Shown here one piece after another: positions 22,601 through 32,866 of a stretch of 64,000 nucleotides of DNA. The stretch is from assembly GCA_963422735.1 (NCBI GenBank), contig OY730476.1, positions 32,001 to 96,000 on the forward strand, read 5' to 3'. The DNA is from Candidatus Latescibacterota bacterium. GTDB taxonomy: Bacteria; Latescibacterota; UBA2968; UBA8231. How positions within the stretch are numbered: the stretch's first letter is position 1; each line of letters begins with the position of its first letter. Under the pieces are notes generated by a model. The model was not told the DNA's origin. It did not search any database and saw only the letters and a program-made list of their open reading frames with translations. Made by a program: the position numbers and the translations under genes.

Positions 22601-22654
22601 GTGGAAGCTGCGTTCAATCGTTTGGTTGAGCGGTTCCGGTTGAGGACCGGGTAG
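19619..22654 (+). CDS. res: Type III-like restriction subunit (Res; SF2 helicase plus PD-(D/E)XK nuclease)
   Basis: KLATGTGKT, NDEAHHCY, SATP, MLTEGWD and YIPDFIV...VEIKG. Confidence 0.88.
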   Translation: MTEFFEQPILNSPYERPNRHWELDETGQPTQQIVEHRRQAEFITPIPQPKKRKGKEQQAALVFDAAAQKLETAGQQYDLTAIINGVRQQVDRWRDLPNPSQWQVTPETARLLRHWRDHRFSGTRPFFCQVEAVETAIWLTEVAPRTRSGKSFLDHLANANNDANPDLPLPRLALKLATGTGKTTVMAMLIAWQTVNAVRRPQSRGFTRGFLVVTPGITIKDRLRVLQPNDPDSYYQSRELVPSDMLPDLEKAKIVITNYHAFKRRERMELSKGGRSLLQGRGETLSTLETEGQMLQRVMPELMGVKNVLILNDEAHHCYREKPGEGEEGALKGDDRKEAEKNREAARLWISGLEIVGSKLGINRVMDLSATPFFLRGSGYAEGTLFPWTMCDFSLMDAIECGIVKLPRVPVADNIPGSDMPKFRNLWEHIRTNMPKKGRGKAKELDPLSLPVELQTALEALYGHYRKTFALMQEAGIGVPPCFIVVCNNTSTSKLVYDYISGFHRENEDGSKKLENGRLALFRNFDEQGNQYPRPRTLLIDSEQLESGDALDKNFRNMAADEIERFRREIIERTGDRRQAGNITDQDLLREVMNTVGKPGRLGDSIRCVVSVSMLTEGWDANTVSHVLGVRAFGTQLLCEQVVGRALRRQSYDLNEKGLFDVEYADVLGIPFDFTAKPVVAPTRPPRETVQVRAMRPERDALEICFPRVAGYRVELPEERLKAEFNEDSVLELTPDLVGPSRTRNQGIIGEGVDLNLVHTNDLRRSTLLFHLTHRLLYTKYRDPGEEPKLYLFGQLKRIAKQWLDGCLVCKGSTYPAQLMYQGLADTACGRIAAAITQAKIDHHPVKAVLDPYNSVGSTAHVNFNTTKASRWQTDARRCHINWIILDSDWEAEFCRVAESHPHVKAYVKNHNLGLEVPYRCGSETRTYIPDFIVRIDDGGGDEDLLHLIVEIKGYRGEDAKDKKTTMDTYWVPGVNHRGDYGRWAFAELTDVFEVEAAFNRLVERFRLRTG

Positions 22655-22695
22655 AGGAGCGGCAATGCGCCGAAGGGTACAAAAGGAGAGCGATC

Positions 22696-24438
22696 ATGCC
22701 TTGGGATAGCGATAGCTTGTTGCAGCAACTCAAGCTTGGCGAGGACAGCCGCGTTGAGTTCAAAGAAGCCGGGTTCACCGGCGACCGCGTCCGTGCGCCT
22801 CATCGGGACGCTATCGCCGACGAGTTGGCCGCTTTGGGCAACACCATCGGCGGCACCTTGATCTTCAGCGCGTCCGACGCTGGTGAGGTGCGGTCGATGA
22901 ACCGCGAACAGATGGATGCGTTGGAAGCCTTCGTCAGCGAGATTTGTGCAGACAGCATCCGTCCTCCGTTGGCGTTTGTCACCCAACGGTTGGCTCTGCC
23001 GGACGGTTCGTTTGTGCTGGTTGTCGAAGTCGAACAAAGTGCGCTGGTCCACAAGAGTCCCGGGGGATACCTTTCCCGACAAGGCAGTGCCAAGCGAGAG
23101 ATGTCGTCGGAGGCATTGAACCGTCTGTTTCAGCAACGGGGGCGTTCTGGCCTGCTCGGCCCTGACGAAGCGATCGTTGCCGGAACCGGATCCAACACGC
23201 TCGATGAAACCCTAACAGATCGTTTCATGAGTTCGCGCGCCACCGAGCCCACAATCGTCCAACTCACAAAGCTGGGGTTGGTGCGGGAGGATGACAGCGG
23301 TGCGATCCGCGCAACGGTCGCCGGGGTGTTGCTTTGCTCCGGACGCCCGGATGAGCACATACGCGGCGCGATGATCGAAGCAGTTCGCTATCGCGGCACG
23401 GTGCTTGGCCGAGCGAGTCAGCACGACGCGGCGTCCATCACCGGCCCGTTGGACCAGCAGATCCGCGATGCGGTCAACTTCGCTAGACTCAACACGCGGG
23501 TAGCGGCGCGCAAGGCCCCGGGGCGAGTAGAGACCCCGCAATTTAGTCCGCGAGCAGTATTTGAGGCCATCGTCAACGCGGTGGTCCACCGCGACTACTC
23601 AGTGGAGAACGCAAAGATACGGCTCTTCATCTTCGACGACCGCCTTGAGTTGTACTCGCCGGGTGCTCTGCCCAACACGCTGCCCATCGAAGCCATGCGC
23701 AATCGACAAGCCACCCGCAATGAAACGCTCGCGTCCATCCTCCGTATGCTCGCGGTAGGGGATATTGCCGGTGCGGGTGACCGGCAGTATTTCTTGGAGC
23801 AACGCGGTGAAGGGGTTCCGATCATCTACGAGCAGACCCGGGAGCTGACAGGACGCGATCCAGAGTACGAACTGCTCGGCGGCGCGGAACTGCGGCTGAC
23901 GATACCTTCTGCCCGTCCGCCGGTAACGGGCATCGAAGGGGAAGTGTTGGTGTCTGCCGCCGGTCAGCCGCTTGCAAGTGCAAAGGTCGTTGCGCTGTAC
24001 CCCAACAAGACTTGGATGGAGGGGGAAACCAATGCGTTTGGTCGGGTCCATTTCGGGTTTCACTCGAAACTTCCCATCACCGTTTTCTGCGCGGCACCGG
24101 GACACACTGCCCACGTGGAGCGGGATTGGCACCCGCCGGAATCGCTCTCGGTGCAGCTTGAACCGCTGCCAATGGGTGGATCAACGGTGTTCACGGAGGG
24201 GACAGGTCACTTGCCCAATTTGACCGGGCGGCTAGATCCGATCCTCGACGATCTCGACCGCATGTACCTGTACGCGACAAACGTCGCCATTGACGAAGGC
24301 AAGCAGCAACCCGTGCGTTTCAAACTGAATCAGCCCTTGCAGCTTACAGATGTCAACGGGTTTGAATGGATCGTGCGGTTCATTGAGATGATCGGAAAGT
24401 CGGCACTGTTGGAATACGAATCCCCGTCCCCCGATTAA
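22696..24438 (+). CDS. AlbA_2 (Schlafen-like) plus RecG-C/HATPase_c_4 protein with extra C-terminal beta domains
   Basis: GEDSRVEFKE, ALGNTIGG, EAIVNAVVHRDY, DRLELYSPG and EQRGEG. Confidence 0.8.
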   Translation: MPWDSDSLLQQLKLGEDSRVEFKEAGFTGDRVRAPHRDAIADELAALGNTIGGTLIFSASDAGEVRSMNREQMDALEAFVSEICADSIRPPLAFVTQRLALPDGSFVLVVEVEQSALVHKSPGGYLSRQGSAKREMSSEALNRLFQQRGRSGLLGPDEAIVAGTGSNTLDETLTDRFMSSRATEPTIVQLTKLGLVREDDSGAIRATVAGVLLCSGRPDEHIRGAMIEAVRYRGTVLGRASQHDAASITGPLDQQIRDAVNFARLNTRVAARKAPGRVETPQFSPRAVFEAIVNAVVHRDYSVENAKIRLFIFDDRLELYSPGALPNTLPIEAMRNRQATRNETLASILRMLAVGDIAGAGDRQYFLEQRGEGVPIIYEQTRELTGRDPEYELLGGAELRLTIPSARPPVTGIEGEVLVSAAGQPLASAKVVALYPNKTWMEGETNAFGRVHFGFHSKLPITVFCAAPGHTAHVERDWHPPESLSVQLEPLPMGGSTVFTEGTGHLPNLTGRLDPILDDLDRMYLYATNVAIDEGKQQPVRFKLNQPLQLTDVNGFEWIVRFIEMIGKSALLEYESPSPD

Positions 24439-24450
24439 AATGAGGAATCC

Positions 24451-24672
24451 ATGAGAGAGAAAGTTTATCTCGAAACGATCGTGATTAGCTATCTGACTGC
24501 TTGGCGAAGTCCACAACTCTTGATGGCAGCACATCAAGAAGCAACGCGAATTTGGTGGGACGAACAAAAAATAACTTCGATATATTTACGTCAGAGGCCG
24601 TCATTGAAGAAACGTCAGTAGGTGATCCCGAAGCCGCGCAACGGCGACCCTCTCGAATTAATGGAGGAATAA
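24451..24672 (+). pseudogene. PIN-domain toxin remnant (frameshift plus internal deletion)
   Basis: MREKVYLETIVISYLTA...HQEATRIWW, then a shift in an A-run to FDIFTSEAVIEE...GDPEAAQRR, then a jump to the terminal PLELMEE*. Confidence 0.7.
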
Positions 24673-24676
24673 GCTC

Positions 24677-24850
24677 ATGCAACCAGACCCAATCGTCGAA
24701 GAAGTCCGTAAGATACGCGATGAGTATGCTAAGAGATTCAATTATGACCTAGATGCGATTTGCCGAGATTTACAAGAGAAGCAGAGGCAGGGCGAAAAAA
24801 GAGTGATTTCTTTGCCGCCCAAACGCCCAAGAAAGATGAACGACACTTGA
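24677..24850 (+). CDS. 57-aa PIN-associated small protein (putative antitoxin)
   Basis: MQPDPIVEEVRKIRDEYAKRFNYDLDAICRDLQEKQ; GGAGG RBS; absent from the ORF track (<60 aa). Confidence 0.7.
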   Translation: MQPDPIVEEVRKIRDEYAKRFNYDLDAICRDLQEKQRQGEKRVISLPPKRPRKMNDT

Positions 24851-24923
24851 TGGAATTGGCGAGTATCGCTGAATCCGACCTGTAACTGAACCCATTTGTG
24901 ATACGGTAGAAAGACTGCAATCC

Positions 24924-27900
24924 ATGGCAAAACGAAAATCACCTAAGACGGTCGCAACTCTGCGGCACGAGGACGCAGCGCGTAAGAATATCCCCACGGC
25001 CGAGTATCAGGCGGTGATGGAGGAGGACGACCGGAATCCCATTGAGGTCGCGTACGAGCGGCGCAACCGGGACCTCGACCCGCAGCTTGTTTGGCGCGGC
25101 AAGGACGAGCAGAACGAGTCGGACCTCGTGGTGCAAGCACCGCCGCTGTTCATTCAGGAGAAGGTGCATCCGCAGGTGCTGATTGACGATCTGCGGCAGC
25201 GGAGCAAGGAGACGGAGAAGGAGGATGGCGAATCGGGCTTCCAGACGGATCTGTTCGCGGATTTCAACGGCCTGCCGAGTGCAGACGCCCAGACTGAGTT
25301 CTACCAGCACGACGCCAACTGGTCGAATCGGATGATTCTTGGGGACAGCTTGCAGGTGATGGCGTCTTTGGCCGAACGCGAGGGCCTGCGCGGCAAGGTG
25401 CAGTGCATCTATCTCGACCCGCCCTACGGCATCAAGTTCAACTCGAACTTCCAGTGGTCAACCACCAGCCGCGATGTGAAGGACGGCAAGGCCGAGCACA
25501 TCACCCGCGAGCCGGAGCAGGTCAAGGCGTTTCGGGATACGTGGCGGGACGGGATTCATTCGTACCTGACGTACTTGCGGGATCGGCTGACGGTGGCGCG
25601 GGATCTGTTGACGGAGAGTGGATCGATCTTTGTGCAGATTGGGGATGAGAATGTGCATCGGGTAAGGGCGGTGATGGATGAGGTGTTTGGGGAGGGGAAT
25701 TTTGTTGGGTTGATTACTTTTATGAAGGCAACAGCACAGACTTCCAAGCTGCTATCAACAGCATCAGATTACTTGATTTGGTACGCTCGGTTGAAGCCAC
25801 AGGCAAAATATCGCGCACCATTGCTAAAAAAAGTAATTGGTCGGGCCGGAGCTACGGGCTACTCGAACATAGAAGCGTCTGATGGAACTATCTCTCGTCG
25901 TATAAGCCAAGAGGAACGGGAAAATCCTGCTCTTATTTCTACAGATGAGAGAGTGTTCGCATTAGACCATATACGTGGCACAAGGACTCCGAATCCTGCT
26001 GACCTTAAAGGTTATACATTTCAAGGCACAACCTTTAATTCCGACGGACGCTATTGCTGGAAAACCGACAAAAAGGGTCTCGACAACCTTGACAAGAGCT
26101 GGCCGGTTGTAAAAGCAGGAAACCAATTATCGTACAAGCGATATTTCCACGATGATTGCCTATCCCGTTCGACAAACTGGGCGATACCGCTGGTATTGCT
26201 ACGGATAAAGTCGATACGTCGTGGAGACGAAACCAAAGTCATCCAACGCTGCATCCTCATGACCACAGACCCTGGCGACCTCGTCCTCGACCCCACCTGC
26301 GGCTCCGGCACCACCGCCTACGTCGCCGAGCAGTGGGGCCGCCGCTGGATCACCATCGACACCTCCCGCGTCGCCCTCGCACTCGCCCGCGCCCGCATCA
26401 TGGGCGCACGCTATCCCTGGTATCTGCTCGCCGACAGCCCCGAAGGCCGGCGCAAGGAAGCGGAAATCAGTGGCCAGGCGTCAGTGACCGGTGGTCAGTT
26501 TAACGACAACTCGCCGACCACTGGTCACTCTCACTCCATCCGCCAAGGCTTTGTCTATCAGCGCGTCCCCCACATTACGCTCAAGTCCATCGCCAACAAC
26601 GCCGAGATCGACGTAATCTGGGAGAAGTACGAGGAGCGGCTTGCGCCGCTCCGTGAACAGTTGTCAGCCCACCGGCCACAGACCACTGACCACCGGCCAC
26701 TCGAAGAATGGGAGATACCGCGTGAGCGTCCAGAAGACTGGCCACCGGCCACTGAACCACTGATCACTGCTTTCTGGAAGCAGCGCATCGCCCGACAAAA
26801 GGAAATCGACGCTTCCATCGCCGCCAAAGCCGACTATGAATACCTCTACGACAAGCCCTACGAAGACAACAAGAAAGTCCGCGTGGCTGGCCCGTTTACG
26901 GTGGAAAGCCTGTCGCCGCACCGCCTGTTGGGCGTGGACGAGAACGACGAACTCATCATTGATAAAGCTGCCGAAGACAAACCCGACTACGGCGAAAAGC
27001 AGGACTTTGCCGAGATGATCCTCGATAATCTCAAAACCTCTGGCGTCCAGCAGGCGCACAAAGACGACAAAATCAACTTCAGCTCACTCGTCCCCTGGCC
27101 CGGCCACCTCGTCTGCGCCGAAGGCCGGTTTGATAGTGGTCAGTGGCCAGTGGTCAGTGGCCAGAAGAAGAACGCACAAGCCACTGGTCACAGACCACGG
27201 GCTACTGAACACCGCGCCGGCATTTTCATTGGCCCGGAATTCGGCACCGTCTCCCGTCCCGACCTCGTGGAAGCAGTCCGCGAGGCCGCCGACGCCGGCT
27301 TCGACGTTTTAATCGCCTGCGCCTTCAACTATGACGCCCACGCCTCGGAGTTCAACAAACTTGGCCGCGTCCCCATCCTCAAGGCGCGCATGAACGCCGA
27401 CCTGCATATGGCCGACGATCTCAAAAACACCGGCAAAGGCAACCTCTTCGTCATCTTCGGCGAGCCGGATATTACAGTGACCAGTGGTCAGTGGCTGGTG
27501 GCCAGTAACGGGAGAATGATTGCGAATTATGAGCACGTTAAAGAGTTATCAGGACTTGGAAGTCTGGAAGAAATCAATCGAACTGGCAGAGATGGTCTAT
27601 CGAATCTCTGCCAAGTTTCAGCCGGAAGAAAAATTCGGCATAACCAGCCAAGTGCGGAGGGCGGCGGTATCCGTGGCAGCGAATATCGCAGAGGGAGCAG
27701 AGCGTCACGGGACCAAGGAATTTCTCCAATTTCTGGGGATAGCCAGCGGTTCTCTAGCAGAGACGGAGACCTTTCTGATTCTGGCGCAGAAGCTGGGAAT
27801 GGCCCCAGCCGAGCAGATCAACCCCCTGCTATCGCAGGCGGCGGACGTTGGACGGATGCTCAATGGGCTCAAGCGCTCGCTGCGGTCCAGGAACTGACTC

Positions 27901-28262
27901 ACGCGGACTTCCCGCTGTCCCTGACCACAGGCCACTGGTCACAGGCCACTGTCCACGGCGTGGACGTATTTCATCCGAACACCGGCGAAATCCGCAGCGA
28001 CAGCGCCGACGGCATCGCCTGCTGGTTCGTCGATACCGACTACAACGAGGAAAGCTTCTTCGTGCGCCACGCCTACTTCCTCGGCGCCAACGATCCGTAC
28101 AAGACGCTCAAGACGACGCTCAAAGCCGAGATCAATCGAGAAGCTTGGGAAACCCTCAAAAGCGACACCTCCCGGCCTTTCGCCAAGCCGCAGTCGGGCC
28201 GCATCGCGGTGAAGGTGATCAATCACTTAGGGGACGAGGTGATGAAGGTGTTTCGGGTGTGA
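24924..28262 (+). CDS. mod: Type III-like adenine DNA methyltransferase (Mod) carrying in-frame repeat insertions and a nested gene
   Basis: YLDPPYG catalytic motif, VLDPTCGSGTT SAM motif and C-terminal IAVKVINHLGDEVMKVF. Confidence 0.9.
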   Translation: MAKRKSPKTVATLRHEDAARKNIPTAEYQAVMEEDDRNPIEVAYERRNRDLDPQLVWRGKDEQNESDLVVQAPPLFIQEKVHPQVLIDDLRQRSKETEKEDGESGFQTDLFADFNGLPSADAQTEFYQHDANWSNRMILGDSLQVMASLAEREGLRGKVQCIYLDPPYGIKFNSNFQWSTTSRDVKDGKAEHITREPEQVKAFRDTWRDGIHSYLTYLRDRLTVARDLLTESGSIFVQIGDENVHRVRAVMDEVFGEGNFVGLITFMKATAQTSKLLSTASDYLIWYARLKPQAKYRAPLLKKVIGRAGATGYSNIEASDGTISRRISQEERENPALISTDERVFALDHIRGTRTPNPADLKGYTFQGTTFNSDGRYCWKTDKKGLDNLDKSWPVVKAGNQLSYKRYFHDDCLSRSTNWAIPLVLLRIKSIRRGDETKVIQRCILMTTDPGDLVLDPTCGSGTTAYVAEQWGRRWITIDTSRVALALARARIMGARYPWYLLADSPEGRRKEAEISGQASVTGGQFNDNSPTTGHSHSIRQGFVYQRVPHITLKSIANNAEIDVIWEKYEERLAPLREQLSAHRPQTTDHRPLEEWEIPRERPEDWPPATEPLITAFWKQRIARQKEIDASIAAKADYEYLYDKPYEDNKKVRVAGPFTVESLSPHRLLGVDENDELIIDKAAEDKPDYGEKQDFAEMILDNLKTSGVQQAHKDDKINFSSLVPWPGHLVCAEGRFDSGQWPVVSGQKKNAQATGHRPRATEHRAGIFIGPEFGTVSRPDLVEAVREAADAGFDVLIACAFNYDAHASEFNKLGRVPILKARMNADLHMADDLKNTGKGNLFVIFGEPDITVTSGQWLVASNGRMIANYEHVKELSGLGSLEEINRTGRDGLSNLCQVSAGRKIRHNQPSAEGGGIRGSEYRRGSRASRDQGISPISGDSQRFSSRDGDLSDSGAEAGNGPSRADQPPAIAGGGRWTDAQWAQALAAVQELTHADFPLSLTTGHWSQATVHGVDVFHPNTGEIRSDSADGIACWFVDTDYNEESFFVRHAYFLGANDPYKTLKTTLKAEINREAWETLKSDTSRPFAKPQSGRIAVKVINHLGDEVMKVFRV
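26468..26535. repeat. In-frame heptamer hairpin A in mod
   Basis: AGTGACCGGTGGTC (26483-26496) pairs with GACCACTGGTCACT (26516-26529), with one G-U pair. Confidence 0.8.
26668..26769. repeat. In-frame heptamer tracts B in mod (3'-arm type only)
   Basis: CCCACCG GCCACAG ACCACTG ACCACCG GCCACTC and GCCACCG GCCACTG A ACCACTG ATCACTG. Confidence 0.75.
27134..27214. repeat. In-frame heptamer hairpin C in mod
   Basis: TAGTGGT CAGTGGC CAGTGGT CAGTGGC, an 18-nt loop, then GCCACTG GTCACAG ACCACGG GCTACTG. Confidence 0.85.
27474..27952 (+). mobile_element. Intervening-sequence-like insert bounded by 33-nt heptamer inverted repeats
   Basis: Arms 27474-27506 and 27920-27952 give 25/33 Watson-Crick plus 3 G-U pairs; they enclose the four-helix-bundle gene. 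Mobility is inferred. Confidence 0.65.
27529..27897 (+). CDS. Four-helix-bundle protein (23S rRNA IVP / Avd-like), nested in the +1 frame of mod
   Basis: SYQDLEVWKKSIELAEMVY...F.PEEKFGITSQVRRAAVSVAANIAEG...EFLQFLGIASGSLAETET...RMLNGL is the full family signature; GGGAGA upstream. Confidence 0.92.
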   Translation: MSTLKSYQDLEVWKKSIELAEMVYRISAKFQPEEKFGITSQVRRAAVSVAANIAEGAERHGTKEFLQFLGIASGSLAETETFLILAQKLGMAPAEQINPLLSQAADVGRMLNGLKRSLRSRN

Positions 28263-28305
28263 GGATCGGATAAAGACGAATCGCCCATCTCTAACTGACT
28301 ACCCC

Positions 28306-28485
28306 ATGAAAAAACAAACCATCCAATACACTTCGCCCATAGTGCGGTTAAATACCTACGAAAATCAGCAACAGATGAATTCGGAAGAGATCTTTGACTA
28401 GTACAACCGGGGCCAACTATCCGACGATTGGGCCAATGACTACCGCCACTATTTGCAACTCCGCGCCGTTCCAACGCATACAATA
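28306..28485 (+). pseudogene. Small antitoxin-like (TumA-like) remnant
   Basis: MKKQTIQYTSP...YENQQQMNSEEIFD*YNRGQLSDDWANDYRHYL with an internal TAG. Confidence 0.5.
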
Positions 28486-28573
28486 AGGGCACCCACAAGG
28501 GCATCTGTTCCAAGCCAAATAGTTGGAACAAATGACACAAGGGGTGCCCGATAGCGTCGCGTATTAACGCGCC

Positions 28574-30493
28574 CTACTTCTTATCTTCGTCAACGACCTT
28601 AAAGTCGGCGTCCACTACGCCCGAATCCCCGCCTCCTTGCGGCTGACCGGCGGCACCTTCCGGCGCTGGCTCGCCCTGCGCCTGTTGGGCTTGGGCGTCC
28701 TTGTACATTTCCTCCGCCAGCTTGTGCGACGCCTGTTGCATCGCGGCCATGGCCTGAGTGATGGCCTCGTCGTCCGTGCCTTCGAGTGCTTCCTTTAGCG
28801 CAGCGACCGCGTCCTCAACGCCTTTCTTGTCGGCATCGGCTAGCTTGTCGCCGTGTTCGGCGAGCGATTTTTCCGCCGCGTAAATGAGCTGGTCGGCCTC
28901 GTTGCGGCGATCGACGGACTCGCGGCGCTTTTTGTCCTCATCGGCATGGGCCTCGGCGTCCTTCTGCATGGTGTCAATTTCCTCTTGGCTCAGGCCCGAG
29001 GACGACTCAATGCGGATGGATTGCTCCTTGTTGGTGCCCTTGTCCTTGGCCGCGACGTTGAGGATGCCGTTGGCGTCGATGTCGAAGGTCACCTCAATTT
29101 GGGGCATGCCACGTGGAGCTGCGGGGATGCCGTCGAGGTGGAAGCGGCCGAGGGTGCGGTTGTCGTTGGAGAATTCCCGCTCGCCTTGCAGCACGTGGAC
29201 TTCCACCGAGGGCTGGCTGTCCGAGGCCGTGGAAAAGATCTGGCTCTTCTTGGTGGGGATGGTGGTGTTGCGATCGATTAGCCGCGTCATCACCCCGCCC
29301 ATGGTTTCGATCCCGAGCGACAAGGGCGTTACGTCGAGCAGCAGGACGTCGTCGACATCGCCAGCGAGCACGCCGGCTTGGATGGCCGCGCCCAAGGCCA
29401 CGACCTCGTCGGGGTTGACGCCGCGATTCGGCTCTTTGGCGAATAGGGCTTGGATGGTCTCTTGGATTTTCGGGATGCGCGTCGAGCCGCCGACCAAAAT
29501 CACTTGGTCAATGTCGCTAACTTGCAATTCGGCGTCTGCGAGGGCCTGCTGACAGGGGGCCTTGGTGCGCTCGACTAGGTCGTCAACCAAGTGCTCAAAC
29601 TGGGCGCGAGACAGGCTGGTTTGCAAGTGTTTCGGCCCCGTTTGATCGGCGGTGATAAACGGCAGATTGATTTCGGTCGAAGTGGAGGAAGACAGCTCGA
29701 TCTTGGCCTTTTCGGCCGCTTCTTTGAGCCGTTGCAGGGCCATGGGGTCGCGGCGCAGGTCAATGCCCTCCTTCTGTTGGAAGTCCTCGGCGAGCCAGTT
29801 GATGATCTTCTGGTCGAAATCGTCGCCGCCAAGGTGGGTGTCGCCGTTGGTGGATTTGACCTCGAAGACGCCGTCGCCCAGTTCGAGGATGGAAATGTCG
29901 AAGGTGCCGCCGCCGAGGTCGTACACGGCGATCTGCTCGTTGGTGCCGCCCTTGTCCAAGCCGTAAGCCAGCGCCGCGGCGGTCGGCTCGTTGACGATGC
30001 GCAAAACCTCCAGGCCGGCGATGGTGCCCGCGTCCTTGGTGGCTTGGCGTTGGGCGTCGTTGAAGTACGCCGGGACGGTGACGACGGCTTGTTTCACTTC
30101 CTCGCCCAGATAGTCTTCGGCTGTCTGCTTCATCTTTTGCAAGATCATGGCCGAGATTTCCGGCGGCGTGTATTCGTTGCCGTCGATTTTGGCCACGGCT
30201 AAGTCGCGGCTATCGTGGGCCACTTCGTAGGGAACTTCGCTGATTTCGTTGGCGACTTCGCTGTAGCGGCGGCCCATGAAGCGCTTGATCGAATAGATCG
30301 TGTTCTGCGGGTTGGTGACGGCCTGGCGCTTGGCGGTCTGGCCGACGAGGCGCTCGCCGTCTTTGGTGAAACCGACCATGGAGGGCGTGGTGCGGCCCCC
30401 TTCAGAGTTGGCGATTATCTCCGAGTCTTGGCCCTCGATGACGGCGACGCACGAGTTCGTGGTGCCTAAGTCGATGCCGATGGTTTTAGCCAT
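28574..30493 (-). CDS. dnaK: Chaperone DnaK (Hsp70)
   Basis: [26 protein letters not shown] and NPDEVVA. Confidence 0.99.
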   Translation of the reverse strand: MAKTIGIDLGTTNSCVAVIEGQDSEIIANSEGGRTTPSMVGFTKDGERLVGQTAKRQAVTNPQNTIYSIKRFMGRRYSEVANEISEVPYEVAHDSRDLAVAKIDGNEYTPPEISAMILQKMKQTAEDYLGEEVKQAVVTVPAYFNDAQRQATKDAGTIAGLEVLRIVNEPTAAALAYGLDKGGTNEQIAVYDLGGGTFDISILELGDGVFEVKSTNGDTHLGGDDFDQKIINWLAEDFQQKEGIDLRRDPMALQRLKEAAEKAKIELSSSTSTEINLPFITADQTGPKHLQTSLSRAQFEHLVDDLVERTKAPCQQALADAELQVSDIDQVILVGGSTRIPKIQETIQALFAKEPNRGVNPDEVVALGAAIQAGVLAGDVDDVLLLDVTPLSLGIETMGGVMTRLIDRNTTIPTKKSQIFSTASDSQPSVEVHVLQGEREFSNDNRTLGRFHLDGIPAAPRGMPQIEVTFDIDANGILNVAAKDKGTNKEQSIRIESSSGLSQEEIDTMQKDAEAHADEDKKRRESVDRRNEADQLIYAAEKSLAEHGDKLADADKKGVEDAVAALKEALEGTDDEAITQAMAAMQQASHKLAEEMYKDAQAQQAQGEPAPEGAAGQPQGGGDSGVVDADFKVVDEDKK

Positions 30494-30580
30494 TGTTTTT
30501 TCTCCAGGATTTTAGATTGAGGTGGTGTGTTGAGGCGCACATGGCCGGACTGTTTACGGCTGCGACGCCCAAGCGAATAA

Positions 30581-30596
30581 AGCAATATACATGCCG
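30581..30596 (-). promoter_or_regulatory. Putative sigma54 (-24/-12) promoter of dnaK
   Basis: Minus strand CGGCATGTATATTGCT fits GG-N10-GC. Confidence 0.7.
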
Positions 30597-30729
30597 CGAT
30601 CTAATAACTATAATATAACATATTGTTTTGAAATAAAATACGGCAATAAATGAGCAATTTGCAAATCGGTTTATGGCGACATGGTGGCAGCGATTTGTGT
30701 TATCGTGTCATTGATATGGAAGCGGCACA

Positions 30730-30758
30730 TTGACAGGGTGCTGCCATCCGGCTAGATT
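30730..30758 (+). promoter_or_regulatory. Putative sigma70 promoter of uvrB
   Basis: TTGACA-17 nt-TAGATT, followed by an AAGGAGG RBS. Confidence 0.7.
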
Positions 30759-30780
30759 GGCCGCCTAGTAAGGAGGGTTC

Positions 30781-32775
<1,995 letters not shown>

Positions 32776-32866
32776 AGGGGGGCCGCCAAATTTGACCTGC
32801 GGCGTTGTTCATTATTAAATTGGCCTGTTCTTGGAGGAGCGGAGCAACATCAAATAGGAGTACATT

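Noticed and set aside
27529-27897. Avd of a diversity-generating retroelement
   Set aside because: No reverse transcriptase and no TR/VR pair differing at adenines seen in the window.
27474-27952. Intein or group I/II intron in mod
   Set aside because: No Cys/Ser...His-Asn splicing motifs in the host frame, no GUGYG start or domain V, and no homing endonuclease or RT.
27474-27952. 23S rRNA gene hosting the IVS
   Set aside because: Both flanks are clearly Mod-coding; no rRNA or tRNA was recognised anywhere in the window.
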